64,000 nt of DNA. Source: Paragordius varius. Its lineage: Eukaryota; Animalia; Nematomorpha. A program made the translations under genes and the position numbers. Shown piece after piece: positions 51,601 through 62,502 of this stretch (positions are counted from its first letter, which is position 1; the number at the start of each line of letters is the position of its first letter). Below the pieces are notes generated by a model. It was given only the letters and a program-made list of their open reading frames with translations. It was not told the DNA's origin and searched no databases. The stretch is from assembly GCA_964247055.1 (NCBI GenBank), contig OZ176050.1, positions 5,828,001 through 5,892,000 on the forward strand, given 5' to 3'.

Positions 51601-54600
51601 CAGTGGCGTACCGAGAATTTGCGGCGCCCGGGGCATAAAACTTTTATGGCGCCCCCTCCCCCCCCTTTCCCTTTTTTTTATAAAAGCTAATAAAACAATT
51701 TAGTAAAAAAATACAAACGTTGTAACCTAAACACCATAGATAAAAGACAGCACAGTTATTTTAAATTAATTATATATATTTATATGATACTAAATTTATT
51801 CCTTTTTAAATGCATAAGTATTTTAATAAATTTTATAATATGGAAATCTATATATTTATAAAAATGGAAAATGCTGGCTTTGTGATCTGGTACAGGAAAA
51901 CGGGTAGACCCATTTAAATCCAAACTTCAAAAAAATATAATCATTAATGAATGCCCCGACACTAGCTTCGCCCTTTTTTTTGAAATAGGCCCCAGTTTGG
52001 GCCCACCCCGTGTGAAAAACGGGTTTTTTTGAAAACAGAAGTCCACAAAAATCGTATCTTTGAGACAATTTTCCGGAGAACGTGTTGGACCATTCAATTT
52101 CAAATATGATTTTTATTTAGTTATTTTCGATTGCGCCGAACATAGTCGTCTCGCTTTTTTAACTTAGGCCCTCTTTTTACCCGCTCCCCCCGTAAAATGC
52201 CACCTTTTTAAAAAACAAAGTCTACAAAAATGTTTTTGAATCGATTTTTTGCCCAAGGTATGAGACCGTAAAAATTCAATATGGATTCCAAGTATTCCCT
52301 GTTAAAAGGCAAAATTAGTCCACCGTTTCTTTGATAGCTGCTGGGTAAGGAGCTACCAGCTAAAAACTGATTCCTCATGTAACTTTGTGATCTGTTTCCG
52401 GAAAACCGGCAGACCCATTCTAATCCAAATATCGAAAAAATATAATCATTAATGAATGCCCAGACAATAGCTTTGCCCTTTTTTTGAAATAGGCCCCCAG
52501 TTTGGGTTCACTCCGTGTAAAAAGGTTGATACTATTTCCCGGAGAACGTGTTGGACCATTCAATTTCAAATATGATCTTTGTTTACTTATTTTTGATCGC
52601 GCCGAACATAGTAGACTTTTTTGATTTAGGCCCTCTTTTTACCCGCTACCCCCGTAAAATGCCATTTTTTTCAAAAAAAAACCAAGTCCACATAAATAAT
52701 TTTTTGATTGTGTTTTTTTGCCCAAGGTATGAGACCGTAAAAATTCAATAAAGATTCCACATATTCCCTGTTATTAGCAAAATTGTAGTCAGGCGTTTCT
52801 TTGATGATAGCTGCTGAGTAAGGAGCTACCCGCGAACTGATCCGTCATATCGAAATAGCGTGCGCTAATTACAGAAAACCTATCAGGCCATATGAGTTCA
52901 ATAGCTGCTTAAAGTATTACCCGTAAAAAGACAAAGATTTTAGTCGAGCGGATTTTTAGAATTAACCGTTAAATAGGCCCTTTACTCCCTAAAAATGCTC
53001 TATCATTGAACTATTATTTAATTTTGAAACCATTCTTCCATAAACTATTAGGAATGAACGATTATTCCAGGTATAAAGGCAAATTTTTTTATCTAACTAC
53101 ATTTTTATATTGGCCTCTGGGTAGGGGCTTCCGCCTACAACTGTTATATCCATACAGCATGTCTTTGGAGCCAAATTTCAGAATATGACACTATGTAAAT
53201 CATTTAAAAACTTCGTGCCGCATAAAAAATTTGCTTATAAAATTTAAAATGCCCCCCTCCCCCCAGAAGTCCGAAGGACTTCCTCGGGCTGCGTAGCAGC
53301 ACGAGATTTACGCTAGTTATATATAAAAATAATATTTTTGTATATATTAAATTGATATTATCATAATGGCGAACAATAATTTAAAAAATAATTGTAAATC
53401 TAAGCGAATTTTACGATACAATTTTAACAGAATTATAATGCAATTTATAAAATATTAATTATATGAAGATTTTATCACTTGCAAAGGAAAAAAGCAATTA
53501 AGAGAAAAATATCTTTTATGTAAAAATTTTTTCTGGCTTTTGATATTGCAAAATTAACTATCATATTAAATTTTTCTTTTTCCAACAATGTTAAGTCATT
53601 CTCGTTTTATGGTACGTAGGTAAATAATAGAGTATATATTTAGGGATTATTACCTAAATTGCTGAAAAATCTCGTTTGAAAGTTCTTATTATTTTTGCAT
53701 AATTAAAACACTGCTCAACAAGGTTTTGCACCACCCCATTATTATTGCATTTTCTGATACCTAATGGCATGGAAAGGCCAAAACAAAAAAGAAAATTGAG
53801 GCTACCAATAGGATTTTTCCGAAATTTAATTTTTAAATTTGTATTTAATTTAAAAATAACAATCATTCCTCGTGTACATATGTTTAAATATTCAAACGAA
53901 CAAGTCGATACAAGTAATAATCCATGCAGGAATAACAAAATTCAAGGCATTAAATAAGATACTAAACAAGCTAAGAGCCAAAGTATTAAAAATCTAAAAG
54001 GGGCTTATGTATAGTGTGATAGATCCGGGCGGCTACACAAGCTCTGCATATCCCCCAAGCGATCCAATTATGCCAGATATGGCAAAGATAACAATAAATA
54101 ATCGTAAAGCCCGATAAGAGAGACTCGCAAGCAAAATCCAGGCAAATTGACATGTCAAATTAACCAATTCACAGAATAAAGTTAGATAAATTCTACAATT
54201 AAATTGAATAAAAAGATTAGGTAAATACAAATGGTCCAATCCCATAATAGTAAATTCTACTAAAAGTGGCTACACAACATCCATCTCAAATTAAAAATAC
54301 AAAACAACCAATAATTTCAAAAAATAAAGTATATCCACTAGGTATAAATAAAGGATTTTTTGTAAGAACCAACTCAAGAAAAAAAGCCTAATAAGTACTC
54401 GAAAGGACGAAAACTAACAAAAAAAATATAGCCTATCTAAAAGCCGAAGGTTTAAACCATAGAATGCCTTTTTTAGTATTTTTGTAAAATTTTTTTATAC
54501 GTATTAAAAATATACTTGAAAGAAAAAGACTAAATTTTGACGTTTAAGTCCGTACTATTTTTTTCTCTCAGATTTTTAAATGACATATTTATATTCAAAA

Positions 54601-54934
54601 GATAGAGATTAAAACGCTTTATTAAATGATATTATTATAATATAATAACAATTTATTATAAAGTAATATTTAATTTTCTCTCGATTTTCTCTTGTTTTTG
54701 AAAAATTGAAAAACCTATAATATTTCAAAATTCTGATTGGCGGGATCAAAAAATTTTTCACATTCGGTTTTAAAACACTGAAATTAGTCATAATTTAAAA
54801 GTTTGAGTGGTGGTGCTCAAAAATGTCCAAATTTGTCGACTAGTGAAACTTATTTCAAAAACCATTTAGGCGCCCCTAAATAACGGCGCCCGGGGCATGA
54901 TGCAACCCCTTGCACCCCCCTCGGTACGCCCCTG
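51601..54934. mobile_element. 3.3-kb hAT-type non-autonomous element with unidentified interior
   Basis: TIRs CAGTGGCGTACCGAG / CTCGGTACGCCCCTG. Perfect 8-bp TSD CATATTTT (51593-51600, 54935-54942). Subterminal ggcgcccggggcat repeats. Contains Helitron H6; no recognisable transposase. Confidence 0.85.
51847..53316 (+). mobile_element. Non-autonomous Helitron copy H6 (both ends intact, internal duplication)
   Basis: A|TCTATATATTTATAAAAATGG at 51847. Subunit repeated from ~52380. Ends gaagtccgaaggacttc...gctgcgtagcagc...CTAG|T at 53313-53317. Confidence 0.85.
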
Positions 54935-55280
54935 CATATTTTTTTCCAAAATAACAGCACAACCACATTCACCACATTCACCACGTTCTTTCCCTTTTCT
55001 CAAATAATTTCATTAAGCAAATGATAGTAGAAAGTTTATTATGAAATTTATTTGTAAATTTGGTTTTAACAAATTTTGAAATATTAATAAATAGCATGAT
55101 ATTATCATAAGTTAAATTTCGGATCTGTTTGTACATTATGGACCACTCAAATGAGTAAATAATAGGCTTAGATAATATTAAAGGGTTAAATACGTTCTAG
55201 AAGAATAAATGAAAAAAATCAAAAAGCAACATAAGGCTAATTATCAGTATCTCTGTTATAGTTTTATAAATCATCGTCTC

Positions 55281-55580
55281 CAGGAGTGTCCAACACATTT
55301 GGCTGCAAGGGCCCCATTTATTAATTATATAGGAATTAATAAATATTTTTAAATATAAGACATTAAAAAATATGAAAACAATATAAACACTTATTCGAAC
55401 ATTTTATGCATTCGTTGCCAAAACTTGGAGGGCCATATTGAGAAAATTTGTTTCAAAAATGTCAATTTTTCTTAGAATTTGTAACATTTTTCTTAATTAT
55501 AAAATTATGTTTGGTATTTTTTCGAAATTTTTTCGCGGACTGCAAAAAAATTTTGGAAGGCCGCATGTTGGACACCCTTG
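55281..55580. mobile_element. ~300-bp MITE (CAGGAGTGTCCAACA...TGTTGGACACCCTTG)
   Basis: Imperfect 15-bp terminal inverted repeats. A related end lies at ~32830-32847. No TSD. Confidence 0.5.
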
Positions 55581-56240
55581 TTCAGGGGAAAAGTCAATTT
55601 GAAGGTGCTTTTTATATAATGCCGATTAGATTGGACTTGCCACGTAGTTTACACCACCCCTCTATTATTTACCTGCCTGCCATTATTTGATAATCAAAAT
55701 AATAAGCTCCCGTAATGTGATCAATACAATACAGTAAGATAATATTAATTTATAATCTTCTTTTTGATAAAGAACCCGTTGTTTAAATGTAATCTTAAGC
55801 AATAGGTGTGTTATATATCAAAGACTATCCTCTCATAAAAACTTATGATCGATAATTAAAAAACATTAGATATGTTAAAATTAAATACTTTGATAAACAG
55901 TAGGTTTTTTCGAAACTTATTGGAACGTTATTTATGTCCCTATCAAGAAATATTTGTTACATGTATAAAAAATACAAAGTTTAGCCTATTGTCATATACC
56001 AATAATAAAAATATGTGTATAAAATATATTATCATGCATTTTTTGGTATACATTGTTCGATGATCGGTTATGCATTGGAAAAAATTGATGTTCATAAATC
56101 ACTGTGTGGTGTGTGTGGCTGTTGCGTTTTATTTAAACATACCTAGAATTTTTTAACAAAAAAAAACAATCATACAACGTTCATATTGCTTGTTCATTTT
56201 TATATAATTATTTTTTCTGTTCAAAAAATATTTTCATACA

Positions 56241-59200
56241 ATGATACAATTTAAATTATGCCTTTTTGCCACGCTATTGTTTGTGTCTTTATTTCTGCGC
56301 TCTGGGTGCGATGATGATAATGAACCCACTCCTATTTATAAAACTGAAAGTAAATTAAGGAAAAAATTATTTGAATCTTATGACAAAGATGTGATCCCTT
56401 TAAAGACATACAATGATCCCATAGATGTTCAAGTTGGTTTAACGCTTGCGAAAATCAAAGAATTGGTATATAATATAAAATATTTATTTTTTTATTAGAA
56501 TTAAACTATATTTTGGTAAACGTTGAAATAAATTTTAAGAGTATTGAATTTTTAGATTTTGGCAGACAAATAAAAGTTCGACTCAAATAATTTGACTGAT
56601 ATAAACATCCTCGTACCTATATTTTTAATTTGTTTTGGGGGAAATTTGTATGGTTAAATCTTAAAAATGAATTATTATACTGTTGAATTATTATTAATCA
56701 TAATGAGTTGGACTTCCCAATTAATCTTTCAATATAATAAAAGTTGAATATTAAATGAGAGATTGGAATTGGAACCAGAGCCATTGTTACTTATAGAATT
56801 TTTTCTTAACCAAATATTGATTCCTAAAACAGCTACATCTCCGTGTCCTAACCTATAAAAAGGTGAATTTTTACTTTCCCTCGTACTTATTACGATGTTA
56901 CTCTTGTTTTTTTAGAGAAAAATAACATACATCAACAATCCTAAGTGCACAGTTTAATATGGTGATTATTATTAAGTGATCTATATAATCACAAAAACGA
57001 AACCGATATTTAACCATTTGACCAATAAACAATAGAACCGAAATCAAAAATATATCACCATTGGAACCAAACCAAAAACGGTTTGTCCCTAATTTAAATA
57101 CAAGGTAAAAAATATAGGTTTTAGAAAAAATCCGTTATATTACCTGTTTTTAAACCGTTCTTATAATAATAACTTGTTGTTCATTCTAACAGACAATATC
57201 TTAAAAATGACATAATTAATAAATGTGTTTCATAATAGTCCTAAGTTTCCTAACAATATAAAAACTGTATTTAAATTAAGTTCAATCATTTATAAGTTTT
57301 TATGTGTTAAGTCTCAAAGACTACAAAGACTAAGTCGAATAACTCTGGTAAAACACTGATATAGACATCTACTGCACTAAATTTATGATAATATTTAACA
57401 ACATCAATCGCGCAAAATAGTAACGTTGTCTGTCTCAAGGCTATTTAATATACACTATGATTCATTTTTAATTCTAAATAAAAATACGTATGCCACTGTC
57501 TCTAAAATTGGAGTGATGACAGTTTTATCCAAATAAACATTTCAAACTTTACGCTATAATTTATTGGCACAAACCTAATCCTTATCTTCTGATAACATAT
57601 GCATCAAAACCATACCAATGTGGAAAGAAACAATTTTACCTATTTTATCATAAAAACATTCGCATATGAGCGCCTGTGTATTTATAATTTGTGACAGATG
57701 TCAATTGGCCATCTTGATTGGATATTGGCCAAAAAACTTTGGTTGCCAAAGTCATTAGTAACCACACAACTTTTTATATCAAAACTTAATATTGTTTTTT
57801 TGAGGTTTAGTTTGTAATAATATTTTTTGGCTCAAAAAAATAATTTTATTTGACGATTAAATATATTTTTATATTCAGACTCACCTGAAACCAGCTGCTT
57901 AATCCGTTATTGTTAAACATTGTTTTCTACAAATTTTTTCTTTAAATAAAGTTTTCATTCACTCAGACCCAAAAAAGCATGAGATGCTAAATGGTAATAA
58001 TTTGAAAAGGTTATTGAGTTAAAATATGTTATTGCAATATTTGCATAATTAGCCAAAATAAAATAATCGCAGAATCGCTCAAGTTTATGAATTTTTAAAA
58101 TCTTTGTATTAAAATTTTAAGAACAGATATTATAAAGTATTTTTCAAAAAACGATGTTCGTGTTCATCATAGTTTTTTGATCCCCTAAAAATTATTTTTA
58201 AAATTATAAATACACTGGTACCTTTGAAATTAACGCAAAAAAGGCAAGTTACGCGATCTAAAATTTGCCTTAAAATTTATTGTTACTTAAAAAACTGGGT
58301 TTTTAGATTAAAAGATAAATTTCGCAAGGTTTATTTATGGTGGATTCCATATTGAAGGAAGTTTTCTATAAATTTATGCCACTGAAAATATTTAGCCCTT
58401 CAAAATTTGAATTAGTTATTGTGACACAATATAAAATACCGTATGAAAAAATAGGGAATTGTTTTTATTTAGAAGTGTTTATTACGACTCACGTTTTGAT
58501 GCAATATAATACCATGAAATAATCTTTTACAACATGTAACTAAACTTTAATTTAACATTGAATTAAAAATTTTACATTTTTAATCCATATTTTAGCATAT
58601 ATATATATATATATATATATTTATTTATTATCGGTAAATTCAGTTTTTTGCGTTAAGGATAGGAACGTATTTTGACAAATTCCAAAAGTATAAAAAAAAT
58701 ATGATGAAAGTTAACATCATTTTTATTTTGAATTCTATTTTATACTATGTATTCACTAAATATATTAGCGTACATTCAGCTTTCCAATATTACTTTATTT
58801 AATGTGCCTGAATGCGATTTTTTGATTTTAGCTGATATTGCTATAACTTTCATGAGATTGATAACCATTTATAAAATTTACATCATTCGAATCCTTATTG
58901 TTGACTTAATCAAAAGATAATTATATAATTTCCATAATTTGACCTCCAATTTTAGTTATAGTAAAAGTTATTATATGTCAATTCGGTATTTAAATGGCTT
59001 AAACGGGATATAATTTACATGTCTTTTTTTATGTATTAGATTTTTTATATTAAGTTACATTTAGAATTATTGCTAGCATTTCATTGCCAACAGGTGTCAC
59101 TGTATTTATCCTCCCCAACAATTAAATATAACTAATAACACTGAAAATTCAGATATACCAATAAACATGAATTTTATGCCAATAGATAATCTGAATGACC

Positions 59201-60838
59201 AATAATAACTCTCGTTATTATACAAAAACATGCGTAAATTTAACTTTTTGAGAATTAAACATGGAAAAACAAACATTAGCATGTTTAAATTAAGCCTGAA
59301 TAATCTAACGATGTGTATATGCAGATAATAATCTTTATATCATTTGCATTGTATTATTCTAATTTTATGATAGGGAGACGATGATGGTGAATTCGAAGGG
59401 CTATTCTTTGTTAAACTGGTATATATTAAGTAATTTTTTTTATCGCCTTAATAGTTAAGAAGGGAAAATATATTATATTTATAAAGAGTTGGAATGATCC
59501 CAGGTTAGTTTGGGATGCCAAAGACCAAGGTAACATTAAAGATATTGCTGTCAGCTATGACAAGATATGGATTCCTGATATAGTCCTTTATAATGGGTAT
59601 TTAACCTTAAAGTTTTAACATCGAATTATCTAAAAATGATTTCTAGTCAAAGTTTTAATTAGTAACCTATGCAATAACACATTTTAACACCCCTTTTATG
59701 AATTTATAAAGGTTATTTAATTGGAGTCTAGAGAAAAAAATAAATATATGTAAGCAAGTATGATCTTTTTTGCCTTTTCTTGCTCAAACATTTTCATCCT
59801 TTTCACCAAATTAAAAACCTTAATCACCAATAATTTTGACTATATTGTAATAGTGAATCGGAATTGGCTTATAAAGTAACGCCATTACAGGCTATAGTAC
59901 AAAGTTCGGGAGACGTTTTATGGGTGCCACCGGTTGAAATTGAATTACTATGTAGCAATGGTACGGAAATTTCGAACCCGGATGAGAAAAATGGAAATCT
60001 TACAATAAATTCCACGTCCGAAGATGAATTGGTATATTTTTAATACTTTGAATTAAACATTGTTATGTAAATTGTTTACCTTGTCCCATGGAATGAATAT
60101 AAATATATGTTTGTATTTTTTCTAACATTTGGATACAACACATTCATTTCAGTCCTTCGATGTAAAAAGTCGTTTACCTCAGGCCTGTGTCGTATTTAGA
60201 AACCCCAATTTGAATCAAAGTGTTAAATCGAAATATATTGAATAAACGCGATCTTGCATGTCGACTTTTTTTCCTTAATTTTTAAATTTAATTACCAGTA
60301 TAAGTTAAATCATGGGTCAATGTACAGACAAATAGCTATTAACGTAATAAAATTTTATCAAGATGATAGTATTCATTAAATTTAGATTGTTTTTACCTTT
60401 TTGCCTAAGACCGAAAGAACCAAAACCAGTTCCAGTTTTACAAAAAAACTAAATCGAGATATCGAATAGTACAATTTATCATTTGAAAATCCACTTTGAT
60501 TTGTTGATTATTTACACACATTGGTCTGAACTCTATTAGTTTATATTAGTTTAACGAAATATTATTTAAATTTAGTGTTATTTTCTCACCTTTTTTTCAC
60601 ATCATATATATACATATTAAAGGTGTGTGCTTTCAAATATGGTTCATGGGTATTTGATGCTAGGCGCATTCATTTGACTCTCGCTGATGATGGATTTATT
60701 GTTGAAAAAGATGCTATAACAGATCCCTGGAAATTGGTAGAAAAGCAGGCTGTCTTATTGAACAAAACGTATCCATGTTGTCCGGATGCGCCATATACAA
60801 GCGCCAGTTTTGTAGTGAAACTCAAAAAAGGAGACTAA
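56241..60838 (+). CDS. Secreted acetylcholine-binding-protein-like Cys-loop ligand-binding domain (257 aa, no TM region)
   Basis: Exons 56241-56465, 59374-59418 (45 bp), 59487-59596 (110 bp), 59854-60031, 60623-60838. Signal peptide MIQFKLCLFATLLFVSLFLRSG; ESKLRKKLFESYDKDVIP; WNDPRLVW; KIWIPDIVLYN (loop A); VLWVPP; CAFKYGSW (loop B); TYPCCPDAPY (loop C, vicinal Cys). Ends FVVKLKKGD* directly after beta-10. Confidence 0.88.
60126..60222 (-). mobile_element. Internally deleted derivative of the TTAA-flanked MITE family
   Basis: ttggatacaacacattcatttcagtccttcga joined to tttagaaaccccaatttgaatcaaagtg|TTAA: both ends of the ~570-bp element without its middle. Confidence 0.65.
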
Positions 60839-61726
60839 ATATATTATATTTTAATACAATAAGCATTAGAAATAGATTACAAAATTTGTTTGTTCGTATG
60901 TTCATAATTATTGTTTCACAAACATGTTTTAGTAGATAATTTACTTTAGATGTTACAAATTTATTATAAGACCTTTAAATTTTAATATTCACCCTTTGAT
61001 TGTTTTTAAAATAAATTTTAATTTTGCTTTTCCAAAAAAATATTAGCGTCAGAACTTCTATATACAGTAGATCGTCCTTAATGACCACTCTAGAGTTCTT
61101 AAAAAGCGACTATAAACTAATTAGCTCATAGTATCCGTCATGCACTTTTGTTAAATGTATGTATGTTGGGTGAATAAAGCATTTCAAACATCATACCTTT
61201 TGGGTTTTACTCGAGAGCGATATTATATTCGAATATCTTTATAAGCATTTGAGATATTAGGCTTAATTTAAAAATGTGCAATCTTGTAAATTTTTTAAAA
61301 AAATGATCATAAAATTCTCATTAGAAAATATAATTTTTTTTATCTTATAAAGAAGAATAATTACAGGTACAATATTTTGAATTTTTTGCATATGATGTAT
61401 GTGAAATATTTTATTAATTTTTGAAGTAATCACCAAAGCGATGTAAAATTTAAATATTATAAATAAATTTATTTTAAGGCAAATTTACAAATATGTATTC
61501 TATTATTTTGAGAGCTTCATAAAGAAGTAAAATTGTAAAATATCCTTAAACCTTTTGCGGTTTTTTTGGATATACTATGTTTAATATTTGCTTATGAAAA
61601 TATAAATTAAAATTATTGAATTTAATTATCTTTCGAGAGAAAAATTTCGGTAATTAATGGGAAGTTGATGAAATGCTGACATATGGACTTTTATATTTAA
61701 ATAGTAACGCAGCTGTAAATTTACAC

Positions 61727-62502
61727 ATGCCTGATCTTGTTTTAAAATTGGCTGAATGCAATTTGCAATTAAAACACATTATTAATGTATTTAATTTTAC
61801 ATCATAGAGGATTAATGATTTACCTGAAACACATCACATACTAAATAGTTTGAACCAGGAAGCACAACAAATAATAAAAATATATAAAGCGATTTTAGAA
61901 GTATTTTTGATTTTATAATAGGATTTGGATAATGGACAAAATTTAAAGTTACAAACAAATTATAAAAAGTAAATAATAATCGAATGTCAGGACAATTCAG
62001 GAATTACGCTTAGCTAATTTAAAAGCACAAATAAATTTTGAAAAATATAACAGAAACGCTTTGTTCACAGAAAAATCAGATAAAAATGATGATTTTTTAA
62101 TTAGGAGGTTGAATAAATTTTAAATTAAGGAAGAAGCAAAAACAGGATGAAATATTGAATAGATCTGTACATTTAACTACTGGTATGAAAGATATTACCA
62201 AATTTATTGCTAAAAGTGTCAAACATAGCGAAGATAATTTAAATTTATTAGGTATAAATCTTTTAATTGTAGCCGAGTCATCCAACAAAATTTCCAGCAC
62301 TAATAAAGAACTCAAAACTATGGACATTAATTTAATACATTCCAAAAAACTTTTGCAAAAATTCGAAAGACGGCATTTAACTGATAAATTACTTATAGGT
62401 CTGGCCATCATATTTTTCTTTCTCACAGTTTTATATATTGTTATAAAACGTGCTAGTATTTGGGGCCTTTTGAATCCCCGAAAATTGATACCCTTTTTAT
62501 AA
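61727..62502 (+). CDS. BNIP1: Vesicle transport protein SEC20/BNIP1 (~222 aa), split by five 21-22-nt introns
   Basis: Exons 61727-61786, 61808-61900, 61922-61968, 61991-62107, 62130-62251, 62273-62502 (alternative in-frame ATG at 61673). Spliced product contains ELRLANLKAQINFEK, IRRKKQKQDEILNRSVHLTTGMKDITKFIAKSVKHSEDNLNLLAESSNKISSTNKELKTM, SKKLLQKFERRHLTDKLLIGLAIIFFFLTVLYIVIKR: the Sec20 SNARE motif plus C-terminal anchor. Confidence 0.9.

Noticed and set aside
37676-53316. CRISPR-like or regulatory interpretation of the reiterated ~300-500-bp units and their small ORFs (45374-45852, 50994-51276, 51856-52068)
   Set aside because: Eukaryotic context with no short repeat/unique spacer structure. 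The units are Helitron internal modules and the ORFs recur only because the repeat recurs.
1-60838. Functional neural gene cluster (SLC6, K2P, AChBP-like)
   Set aside because: The genes are interleaved with housekeeping genes and TEs on mixed strands; nothing in the sequence indicates co-regulation.
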